32,000 nucleotides of DNA from Prochlorococcus sp. MIT 0801 (GTDB taxonomy: Bacteria; Cyanobacteriota; Cyanobacteriia; PCC-6307; Cyanobiaceae): positions 90,001 through 122,000 of the forward strand of contig NZ_CP007754.1 of assembly GCF_000757865.1 (NCBI RefSeq). The letters run 5' to 3'. Positions 25,201 through 32,000 of this stretch are shown piece by piece. The notes beneath the pieces are model-generated. The model had not been told where the DNA came from and did no database searches. It worked only from the letters and a program-made list of their open reading frames with translations. Each line of letters begins with the position of its first letter. Within the stretch, counting starts at the first letter, position 1. Made by a program: the position numbers and the translations under genes.

Positions 25201-25855
25201 AGATAATGGTTTAGATGCTTTACATTCTAAATTGGAAGCTTTGCAGAAAAGAATGGAGGAATTAGAACCTGTCAATATGCTTGCATTGGAAGAGTTGTCT
25301 AAATTAGAAGAGAGATTGAATGAACTTGAAAATAGACTTCAAGTTCTTACTGATGAAAGATCTCAGTTATTGCTTCGAATAGAGACAGTTGCAACTTTGC
25401 GACAGGAGGCCTTTATGGAGGCTTTTAAAGAGGTTGATATACATTTTCGTGAAATTTTTGCAAGTCTCTCTGAAGGAGATGGACATTTGCAGCTTGAAAA
25501 TCCTGACGAACCTTTGGAAGGTGGCTTGACTTTGGTCGCTCATCCAAAAGGTAAGCCTGTAAGACGTCTTGCCGCTATGTCAGGTGGAGAAAAATCTTTA
25601 ACAGCTTTGAGTTTTCTTTTTGCTTTGCAACGTTTTAGACCTTCCCCTTTTTACGCCCTTGATGAAGTAGATAGTTTCTTGGATGGAGTCAATGTTGAAA
25701 GGTTAGCGGCCTTAATTGCTAAACAAGCTGAACAGGCACAATTTCTTGTAGTAAGTCATAGAAGACCTATGATTGGAGCATCAATGCGGACTATTGGGGT
25801 TACGCAAGCAAGGGGAAATCATACTCAAGTTGTTGGGTTGCCAATCGCAGCTTGA
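22250..25855 (+). CDS. smc: chromosome segregation protein SMC
   Basis: N-terminal Walker A FTVVTGPNGSGKSNILD, about 900 aa of coiled coil interrupted by a hinge (GIHGPVANLGEV...RYRIALEVAAG), and C-terminal signature MSGGEKSLTALSFLFAL plus Walker B FYALDEVD. TTG start. Confidence 0.96.
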   Translation: MVHINHVDLSHFKSFGGSMSIPLEEGFTVVTGPNGSGKSNILDGVLFCLGLANSRGMRADRLPDLVNSGVLKAGKSSETKVTVKFDLSDWKPDEAEEGIEPTEEGPWIKPDQKEWTVSRRLKVMPGGSYASTYSADGENCNLQQLQTQLRRLRIDPEGSNVVMQGDVTRIVSMSNKDRRGLIDELAGVALFDTRIDQTRTKLDDVYERQERCRIVEQELILSKQRLQKDCEKASLYKDLKNQLLIGKQQELVLSYENAKKGLEKLDIDHQELLKKEKIDSENLLNHENDLSKCIEKLDILQKNVKDLGEDQLLDVQGKLAGIESQHRELERQGLNHKNEGEKLQESRNNLLQKKKDYQTDLQSKMNEINPKELEEADLRCKEAQAWVDSSRRKLSDVAGRSGEWIEKHQKARDDLNKIRLELDPKRLEKQNIEESLLQLNVILKELETDQQADESSNKKVHIEISNLNKKWDDILNLLSLKKEEFKILVSEKGIQERTKYRLEKEQVKLQNDIARLESRREMISESRGTNAITLLLESGLEGIHGPVANLGEVEDRYRIALEVAAGARLGQVVVDSDQIAAKSIDLLKRKRAGRLTFLPLNKILKNSHNRSDVFQRSVHTNLNKSTGLIGKAIDLIQYDSIYKNVFLYVFGETIVFNDLSSARNQIGIKRSVTLEGELLEKSGAMTGGSLNNRALGLSFGRVKDNDECDLLKNRLLEVGETLSNCQKNENQLIHRLENLRTQLSQLEQEKAALDAERLTSRRSNSPLLERQSHRSKRINDLKKSKKEKVFQLEAINLSIKPLEDVLLEIEQEEKKIDKSSDSSVWSKLQNDLENADKNLLTFRNKRDEISNKQSQNKLAIDRLNDQETSLIMEEKRLKDSIDTLASAHIAWREQSKLLDINRQDLINQQKDLETRFGEQRRERDCVEADVAKKRLTLQEMQWNLQRVREDQKNMKEEIRMETIRCTELEKKLPNPKPLISDEIRDNGLDALHSKLEALQKRMEELEPVNMLALEELSKLEERLNELENRLQVLTDERSQLLLRIETVATLRQEAFMEAFKEVDIHFREIFASLSEGDGHLQLENPDEPLEGGLTLVAHPKGKPVRRLAAMSGGEKSLTALSFLFALQRFRPSPFYALDEVDSFLDGVNVERLAALIAKQAEQAQFLVVSHRRPMIGASMRTIGVTQARGNHTQVVGLPIAA

Positions 25856-25913
25856 TTGAATTTACTAAGATGATTCAATATGGTTCTACTAATCTCATTT
25901 CTGCATATTTGAG

Positions 25914-26957
25914 TTGACCAACACGCAAGCCCCACAAGAATCAACATCTGCTGTCCCCAGTGACAGATTATGGCTTCGTTCTGAGTTGATGGGTACTCAG
26001 GTTATTACACGTGATACTGGACGTAGATTGGGTCTTGTAGGAGAAGTTGTTGTTGATATTGATCGTAGAGAGGTTGTTGCTTTGGGACTACGAGATAATC
26101 CCTTAACACGTTTTTTACCTGGCTTGCCAAGATGGCTTCCTCTTGATCAGATTCGTCAAGTAGGTGATGTGATTTTAGTTGATACAATTGATTCCTTAAG
26201 CGAAAACTTTGTTCCTGAAAGATTCAATAAAGTTATTAATTGCCAGGTTATTACTGAATCTGGAGATCAGTTGGGGAGAGTACTTGGATTTTCTTTTGAT
26301 ATTGAAACTGGAGAATTACTTACTTTAGTTATGGGAGCACTAGGTGTCCCTTTATTAGGCGAGGGGGTCCTCAGTACTTGGGAGATGCCTGTTGATGAAA
26401 TTGTTAGTAGTGGTCCAGATCGAATAATTGTTTATGAGGGAGCTGAAGAGAAATTAAAACAATTAAATAGCGGTTTCCTTGAAAAGCTTGGTGTAGGTAA
26501 TTCGGGATGGGAAGAAAGTGAACGAGAAAGGTACAGAGTTAACCTTGTCCCAGTTGAAAATCAATTAACTTCTGGTGAGAGTGCAAATGATGATCAAAGA
26601 CTTCTAGAACAATCAGAGGAAATGTTTGAAGAAGAAGAAGAGATGGAATACGTAGAATTAGAAGATTCAGAAGAACAACAATATGATAAAGAATTAAGAT
26701 ATTTAGATGAACCTAATCAGTCTTCAATTTATTCTGAAATTGATGAAGATGAAGTAAATTATAGTGGATCAAAATTTAAAAACAGATCTGATAAATTTCA
26801 GGCTAAAATGACCTCTCAAAATACACAGAATAAATCCAAAATTTCAATAGAAGAAGAACCTATGGATGTCGAACCTTTAGAAAAATTATCGAGAAATAAT
26901 TCTCAAGATATGATTTCTAATGATAAAGAACTTATAGATATTGAAGATCCCTGGTGA
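25914..26957 (+). CDS. PRC-barrel domain protein with long acidic C-terminal tail
   Basis: Two PRC-barrel-like repeats (LMGTQVITRDTGRRLGLVGEVVVD... and INCQVITESGDQLGRVLGFSFD...), then a Glu/Asp-rich low-complexity tail. TTG start. Confidence 0.78.
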   Translation: MTNTQAPQESTSAVPSDRLWLRSELMGTQVITRDTGRRLGLVGEVVVDIDRREVVALGLRDNPLTRFLPGLPRWLPLDQIRQVGDVILVDTIDSLSENFVPERFNKVINCQVITESGDQLGRVLGFSFDIETGELLTLVMGALGVPLLGEGVLSTWEMPVDEIVSSGPDRIIVYEGAEEKLKQLNSGFLEKLGVGNSGWEESERERYRVNLVPVENQLTSGESANDDQRLLEQSEEMFEEEEEMEYVELEDSEEQQYDKELRYLDEPNQSSIYSEIDEDEVNYSGSKFKNRSDKFQAKMTSQNTQNKSKISIEEEPMDVEPLEKLSRNNSQDMISNDKELIDIEDPW

Positions 26958-28235
26958 TTAATCTAAAAGCTTTTTTTCTTTAAGAAGATCAATAATTTGA
27001 TAACAAAATTTTTTTATTGCTCCTTTACTACCTCTTAGTGATTGTAAATCTTCTTTTTGGCCAGAAAGCCTTTTAGGTGAATTTAGCCAGTCAATAGTTT
27101 CTTCAGCTATTTGTTTGGGGGTTATATTGCCAACTCTTTCTGGGACAATCATCTTTTTTGCATATATATTTGGCCAAGCCATATATCCTCTTTTTTTCAG
27201 TTTTATAAAGCTAATTAATAGCCCTAGGCACCTTTTTAAAATTGGTAATCTAGCTATTAAACCTAGAAATCCATCCCATGCTTCCATAACTAAAATGTGT
27301 TGAGTAGGAACAATAACTATCATTGGAATATTTAATGATCCCAGCTCAGCAGTATTTGCTCCTACTGTTGTTAGTGCTATATCACACTGGCTTAGATCAC
27401 TATATGCTGGATGATTTTCTTGTATTACAATGGCTGTTGAATTATTAGTTGTCAAAATTCCTCTTCCTTCTTTTTTTTTGGCTTTAGTAATTGATTTTAT
27501 TCCAGATTTATATTGTTTTGAAATTGGATTTTTTCTACTACCAAAGTATTTAATTTCATTGATATTTGTGGTAGGAGCAAGAGGTATTAGAAACTTACAA
27601 TCTGGCATTGATTTTGATATTTTATCTGCCACATCAAGAAAAAAAGGAATTCCAACTTTTAGTTTGGCACTTTTTGAACCTGGTAATAAGGCAATCCACT
27701 TTCCAGAGGGGAGTGGATCATCAACTTTTGCACTATCAGTTAAGTCAGCTGTCAGGTCTCCTATTACTGAACAACGAGGTTGAATTCGTTTTGGTAATTT
27801 ATCAACAATCCTTTCAGACATCGCAACAATTCTATTATTCCAAAAAGGCCATCTGACTACCCACTCCGCATATGTCATATGTAAATATCCCAATCTTGCT
27901 GAAAGTAAAACGCTCCAAAATTGATCACCTCCTAAAAAAATTACTAACCCGTTGGATGGCCATGAACCAAATTTTTTAGGGTTTAAAAGAAGCTCCCAGA
28001 AATTTTTTGCTTTTATTATTTTTTCAAATTGCAACCATTTTTTGGCAGCAATAATTTCATTACCAGTTGCATTAGGGCATGGAACAAGTACCAAATTTAA
28101 AGATATTGAAGAGTGATGTACTCTTGGTTTTAGATTGATTTGATTATGAAGTTCTTTAGCAAGTGGCTTCACCCAAGTCGCTAGTTCACCAGGTCCATTT
28201 GAGACAAAAATAATTGCTAAAGAATTAGGACTCAT
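26958..28235 (-). CDS. lipid-A-disaccharide synthase-related protein (LpxB-like, GT19-type)
   Basis: N-terminal SNGPGE and internal LLPGSKSAKL resemble the LpxB SNG.GE and LLPGSR..E motifs. The size (425 aa) fits the cyanobacterial LpxB-related family. Judged by eye only. Confidence 0.68.
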   Translation of the reverse strand: MSPNSLAIIFVSNGPGELATWVKPLAKELHNQINLKPRVHHSSISLNLVLVPCPNATGNEIIAAKKWLQFEKIIKAKNFWELLLNPKKFGSWPSNGLVIFLGGDQFWSVLLSARLGYLHMTYAEWVVRWPFWNNRIVAMSERIVDKLPKRIQPRCSVIGDLTADLTDSAKVDDPLPSGKWIALLPGSKSAKLKVGIPFFLDVADKISKSMPDCKFLIPLAPTTNINEIKYFGSRKNPISKQYKSGIKSITKAKKKEGRGILTTNNSTAIVIQENHPAYSDLSQCDIALTTVGANTAELGSLNIPMIVIVPTQHILVMEAWDGFLGLIARLPILKRCLGLLISFIKLKKRGYMAWPNIYAKKMIVPERVGNITPKQIAEETIDWLNSPKRLSGQKEDLQSLRGSKGAIKKFCYQIIDLLKEKKLLD

Positions 28236-28262
28236 TTATTGATGAGCATCAGTTTTTAAGAA

Positions 28263-28344
28263 TGCGGATGGCGAGACTTGAACTCGCAAGGCCGAAGCCA
28301 CATGTTCCTTAGACATGCGCGTATACCAATTCCGCCACATCCGC
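28263..28344 (-). tRNA. tRNA-Leu (type II, long variable arm); anticodon loop CTAAGGA reads AAG by canonical numbering
   Basis: Minus strand folds as GCGGATG TG GCG GAATTGGTATA CGC G CATGT CTAAGGA ACATG TGGCTTCGGCCTT GCGAG TTCAAGT CTCGC CATCCGC A. All four stems are Watson-Crick, the D-arm is Leu-type and CCA is not encoded. Confidence 0.9.
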
Positions 28345-28470
28345 AAGTTAACTCAGTTAAGCACTAAGTTACTCTGATCATAATGCTTAACCTATTAAGC
28401 TTCTACTTAATGGGTTTCAATCTTGGGCACCAATCCTGATACTATCCGGCTGAGGACTTGATAATTTTGA

Positions 28471-29814
28471 ATGCCCATAGGCAAACTGCTCATAGCTAAT
28501 CGTGGCGAAATAGCTTTAAGAATTCTCCGAAGCTGTCGTGAGATGGGGATAGCTACGGTTGCTGTTTACAGTACTGTTGATAAAAATGCCTTACATGTTC
28601 AATTAGCTGATGAAGCTGTATGCGTTGGAGATTCGCCTAGCAGTAAAAGTTATCTAAATGTTCCAAACATACTTGCTGCAGCAACTTCAAGAGGAGTAGA
28701 TGCTATTCACCCTGGTTATGGATTTTTAGCTGAGAATGATCGATTTGCAGAGATTTGCGGTGACCACGGACTTATTTTTGTCGGCCCATCTCCTCATGCA
28801 ATTCGTTCCATGGGTGATAAGTCGACAGCTAAATCGACTATGCAAAATGTTGGAGTGCCTACCGTCCCTGGAAGTGAAGGCTTGCTTGATAGTGTTTCAG
28901 ATGCATCCAAGCTTGCCTCTGAAATGGGTTATCCAGTAATGATTAAAGCAACTGCGGGAGGCGGTGGAAGAGGCATGCGTTTAGTAACTCATGCTGATGA
29001 ATTAGAGAATCTTTTTAAAGCTGCGCAGGGGGAAGCAGAGGCTGCATTTGGCAACCCAGGATTATATATGGAGAAATTTATTGATCGCCCAAGGCATGTA
29101 GAGGTTCAGATTCTTGCTGATCGATTTGGTAACGTTGTTCACCTCGGAGAAAGAGATTGCTCAATTCAAAGACGGCATCAGAAATTGTTAGAGGAATCGC
29201 CAAGTCCAGCTTTAGATGATCACCTAAGAATAAGAATGGGAGAAGCAGCTGTTGCAGCAGCAAAAAGCATCAACTATGAAGGCGCTGGAACGGTTGAATT
29301 CCTTCTTGATAGGAATGGAAGTTTTTATTTTATGGAAATGAATACTCGAATACAGGTGGAACACCCTGTTACTGAGTTAGTGACTGGTATGGATTTAATT
29401 TCAGAACAATTACGTATCGCGGGAGGAGAAAAATTACAATTTGCTCAAGCAGAGATCAAGCTGGAGGGACATGCAATTGAATGTAGAATTAACGCAGAAG
29501 ATCCAAGTCATAACTTTCGACCTTCTCCAGGAAAAATTACAGGTTGGTTACCTCCTGGTGGGCCTGGTGTCAGGGTAGATAGCCATGTTTATACCGGTTA
29601 CGATATTCCTCCTTTTTATGATTCCCTAATAGGAAAATTAATTGTTTGGGGGAAAGATAGAGAAGCTGCACTAAAAAGGATGGAAAGAGCTTTAAATGAA
29701 TGTGCAGTCACAGGAATTACTACTACAATCGATTTTCATTTGAAATTACTTAAAAGAAAAGAATTCATAGATGGAGATGTTCATACAAAGTATGTGGAAC
29801 AAGAAATGTTGTAA
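28471..29814 (+). CDS. accC: acetyl-CoA carboxylase, biotin carboxylase subunit
   Basis: Canonical sequence throughout: [27 protein letters not shown]-grasp [39 protein letters not shown]. Confidence 0.97.
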   Translation: MPIGKLLIANRGEIALRILRSCREMGIATVAVYSTVDKNALHVQLADEAVCVGDSPSSKSYLNVPNILAAATSRGVDAIHPGYGFLAENDRFAEICGDHGLIFVGPSPHAIRSMGDKSTAKSTMQNVGVPTVPGSEGLLDSVSDASKLASEMGYPVMIKATAGGGGRGMRLVTHADELENLFKAAQGEAEAAFGNPGLYMEKFIDRPRHVEVQILADRFGNVVHLGERDCSIQRRHQKLLEESPSPALDDHLRIRMGEAAVAAAKSINYEGAGTVEFLLDRNGSFYFMEMNTRIQVEHPVTELVTGMDLISEQLRIAGGEKLQFAQAEIKLEGHAIECRINAEDPSHNFRPSPGKITGWLPPGGPGVRVDSHVYTGYDIPPFYDSLIGKLIVWGKDREAALKRMERALNECAVTGITTTIDFHLKLLKRKEFIDGDVHTKYVEQEML

Positions 29815-29827
29815 ATAGCTATGAAGA

Positions 29828-30127
29828 TCAAAATATAATTTGAGTTAATAAACCTTGTTGACCAAGAAACAATTCGCGAAAAAGACTTAAGAGACCTACC
29901 CAAATAATCGGAGTAACATCAACGCCTCCTATCGGAGCAACAATTTTTCGAGTAAACACCAATATAGGTTCAGTTGGTAAAAAGATAATTGGCCAAAAAC
30001 CAGTTCTTAAATCTATTTTTGGATACCATGTCAAAATAATTCTTAGGAGGAAGGCAAGGGTAAGTGCACCTATTAAAAAAACCATTAAAAAATGTAGGGT
30101 TGGAAGACTTTTAATTAACAGAGGCAT
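29828..30127 (-). CDS. YggT/Ycf19 family membrane protein
   Basis: YGGT motif region LRIILTWYPKIDL......EPIL...RKIVAP.GG.D..PII. The ATG at 30127 is preferred over the track TTG at 30139. Confidence 0.85.
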   Translation of the reverse strand: MPLLIKSLPTLHFLMVFLIGALTLAFLLRIILTWYPKIDLRTGFWPIIFLPTEPILVFTRKIVAPIGGVDVTPIIWVGLLSLFRELFLGQQGLLTQIIF

Positions 30128-30214
30128 CACAAAGCTCAAAGCATTCTTGAATAGATGGTCTAAATCATCTTTTATTGCTTAAGATTACTCGGTCTTGCAT
30201 AAGAATTAGCTGAA

Positions 30215-30385
30215 ATGGCTTTTCATTTATTAAATTTGTTCCTTAGTGCTGGAACTTCTAGTGAAGCTGCTACAAGTTCTGCTGTTGGAATGATTGGGAG
30301 TTTTCTTGCGGCTGGAGCTTTGATAGTTGCACCTGCTGCGGCTGCATTGATCTGGGTTAGCCAAAAAGATGCATTGAGTAGATAG
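30215..30385 (+). CDS. psbX: photosystem II protein PsbX
   Basis: 56-aa ORF below the track cutoff: [56 protein letters not shown]. The core [26 protein letters not shown] matches Prochlorococcus PsbX as I recall it. Confidence 0.85.
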
Positions 30386-30468
30386 CCCTAGCAATCACCT
30401 ATTTATGCCATAGACTGATCACAATAAGGTTGGTTTCAACCTGAAAATGTTTATTTAAGAGGGCAAAC

Positions 30469-31434
30469 TTGGTCAATGCCAGTCTCAATTGGGCCAGCAT
30501 TGTTGGCATAGTTCTTGCTGTATGCGGAGCTGGCTTATATTTTCTTAGATCTTTTAAGCCAGCATTGGCAAGGGATTATGATGTCTTTTTTGCCGCTATT
30601 GGTTTGCTCTGCGGCGGAATTTTGTTTTTTCAAGGGTGGCGTTTAGATCCCATTCTTCAGTTTGGACAGTTTTTGCTTGCTGGGACCACTGTTTTCTTCG
30701 CTTATGAAAGTGTTCGGCTGAGAGGTATTGCAACAGATCAAGCACGAAGATCTTCATATTTTGATGAAGAACCAGAGTTGCCCAGATCTTCAAGAGGAGG
30801 TTTGTCTGATGGAGACTCTGATAGGAATTATGATCGATTTGAGCAATCTCAACCCATCAATAGAAGATTTTCAGGTAGAGATGATTATCAAGAAGAATAT
30901 TCAGATGATGAAAATTATGGAAGACGGCCATCGAGGGCGGCAATCCCTGAGCAGGCTGTAAGTCGAAGGCCAAGAAATATTAGTTCTTCAGAAATCAATT
31001 CTCGAGGAGCTGAGAGAGACAGGAGAATGGAACGATTTAATTCCGAATCTTCCTCAGATAGATCATCAAGCTTTGGAGATAGGAGAACTAGCCGACAAGA
31101 AACTAGGCAAGGGACACGTCCTTCTGCCAGTGGCCAAACATCAACTCGTAGAAGAAATGGGGCACCTCCTAATTTCTCTCAAACATCATCTTCAAGGCTA
31201 AATTCTGATAATTCAACTAGGCCCTCTGCGGGATCTAATAGGTTTTCTAAAACTAACAACGTTGAAGATGCTGCTTTTTCTAGTGCTGAAAAAGGCGTAA
31301 GACGAGCTAGTAGAAGAAGTGCAAAAAATTCTGGTTCAAACCCTGCTAGTGAAAGACGATCTTCTAAAAGTTCTTATTCATCATCCACAAGAAAGGCGAG
31401 ACCAAGAGATAACAGTTCAAGATTTGATGATTAA
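30469..31434 (+). CDS. ycf66: Ycf66-family membrane protein with long Ser/Arg-rich disordered C-terminal extension
   Basis: The N-terminal ~85 aa (LNWASIVGIVLAVCGAGLYFLRSFKP.LARDYDVFFAAIGLLCGGILFFQGWRLDPILQFGQFLL) match the Ycf66 pattern. The remaining ~230 aa are low-complexity S/R/D/N-rich. TTG start. Confidence 0.8.
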   Translation: MVNASLNWASIVGIVLAVCGAGLYFLRSFKPALARDYDVFFAAIGLLCGGILFFQGWRLDPILQFGQFLLAGTTVFFAYESVRLRGIATDQARRSSYFDEEPELPRSSRGGLSDGDSDRNYDRFEQSQPINRRFSGRDDYQEEYSDDENYGRRPSRAAIPEQAVSRRPRNISSSEINSRGAERDRRMERFNSESSSDRSSSFGDRRTSRQETRQGTRPSASGQTSTRRRNGAPPNFSQTSSSRLNSDNSTRPSAGSNRFSKTNNVEDAAFSSAEKGVRRASRRSAKNSGSNPASERRSSKSSYSSSTRKARPRDNSSRFDD

Positions 31435-31445
31435 TACGATAATAA

Positions 31446-31685
31446 TTATCTACTAATTATTCCAGCCCATTCCAAAAAAGAGATTCTGCTAAGTCCTTCA
31501 ACAAGTAGAACTGCCATTAGACCTATCATTGCAAATCTTCCATTTATTCTCTCTGCATAGCCAGTCCAACCAAATTCAGGAATATCATTTGTGGTTGCGC
31601 TAGGTGAAAGATTTTTAATTTCTGAATCAGTTTTTTCTGGCTCAGTTGACTGACGTTCTTGGGTTTTTTCAGTATTTGAGTTCAT
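31446..31685 (-). CDS. hli: high-light-inducible protein (HLIP)
   Basis: Canonical FGWTGYAERINGRFAMIGLMAVLLVEG motif (E..NGR.AM.G) in a 79-aa protein. Confidence 0.9.
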   Translation of the reverse strand: MNSNTEKTQERQSTEPEKTDSEIKNLSPSATTNDIPEFGWTGYAERINGRFAMIGLMAVLLVEGLSRISFLEWAGIISR

Positions 31686-31694
31686 AGAAAAAAA

Positions 31695-32000
31695 CTAGTT
31701 TTCAGTAAATTGGTAACTTTCAGCAGGCAATAATCGCCAACCTTTGTTCTCAGTTATTTCAAGCACATTTTCATGATAGTTCTTCAAGGTTGGCCTATGA
31801 CCGACGCTAATGCAAGCCATCTCGCGTTTGTTAAGAAGTTCATAAAGATGTTTTTCTGTATTTACATCTAATGCACTTGTTGCTTCATCTAAAACAACAT
31901 ATTTCGGGGAATTCAGCAAAAGTCTTGCGAAAGCAAGCCTTTGTTGCTCTCCCAAAGATAATAGTCTTTGCCAATCTTGTTTGATGTCTAGGTCAGGATA
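31695..32000 (-). CDS. ABC transporter ATP-binding domain, C-terminal part (gene continues past the window end)
   Basis: Signature LSLGEQQRLAFARLLL, Walker B YVVLDEATSALD and H-loop SVGHR. The reading frame stays open to position 32000, so the track start (M at 31955) is really an internal Leu codon. Confidence 0.85.
   Translation of the reverse strand, partial: YPDLDIKQDWQRLLSLGEQQRLAFARLLLNSPKYVVLDEATSALDVNTEKHLYELLNKREMACISVGHRPTLKNYHENVLEITENKGWRLLPAESYQFTEN

Noticed and set aside
22279-30961. Short embedded ORFs: 22279..22500, 22764..22949, 26005..26187, 27115..27303, 27430..27783, 27608..27856, 28736..28939, 29078..29263, 30596..30793, 30728..30961. Also 11878..12060, inside the SDR gene.
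   Set aside because: All lie inside, antisense to or out of frame with long genes that have strong motif support (smc, PRC-barrel, lpxB-related, accC, ycf66, SDR).
1-32000. Search for CRISPR arrays, tandem repeats, IS elements, integrases, rRNA and known defence genes
   Set aside because: I could find no regularly spaced direct repeats, no transposase- or integrase-like ORFs, and no nuclease, helicase or methylase defence signatures by eye. The only methyltransferase is THUMP/RlmL-like, an RNA-modifying type.

Overview
AT-rich, very gene-dense window from a marine picocyanobacterium. I infer Prochlorococcus, probably a low-light clade, from psbX, ycf66, ycf19/yggT, two HLIP genes and a circularly permuted tmRNA gene with tag ANNIVSFSRQTAPVAA. 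All product calls come from motif recognition by eye; no homology search was run.

Structure of the window:
- About 11-32 kb is compact core genome. In order: DUF4912-like, SDR, HhH protein, ParA-like ATPase, MsbA-like ABC exporter, coiled-coil membrane protein, GT4 glycosyltransferase, permuted ssrA, THUMP methyltransferase, a yqjD/yqjE-like pair, smc, PRC-barrel protein, lpxB-related gene, tRNA-Leu, accC, yggT, psbX, ycf66, hli, and a partial ABC ATPase.
- About 1-11 kb is different. It is visibly more AT-rich and made mostly of very small ORFs on both strands, many below the 60-aa ORF-track cutoff. It also holds long ORF-free spacers, strong hairpins, a short diverged hli gene and a possible gene remnant, so it looks like an accessory or hypervariable segment.
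- I found no CRISPR array, rRNA, transposase, integrase or recognisable defence genes.

Most noteworthy items:
- A two-piece (permuted) tmRNA gene that the ORF track misreads as a 78-aa ORF.
- A tRNA-Leu whose anticodon loop reads A34-A35-G36.
- An orphan ParA-like ATPase whose 3' end overlaps a small membrane ORF.
- A 12-nt perfect complement to the 16S rRNA 3' tail, in front of a tiny ORF and a strong terminator.
- Several translationally coupled micro-ORF pairs.

Nothing here is a convincing complete novel system. The candidates are hypotheses that need searches or transcript data.
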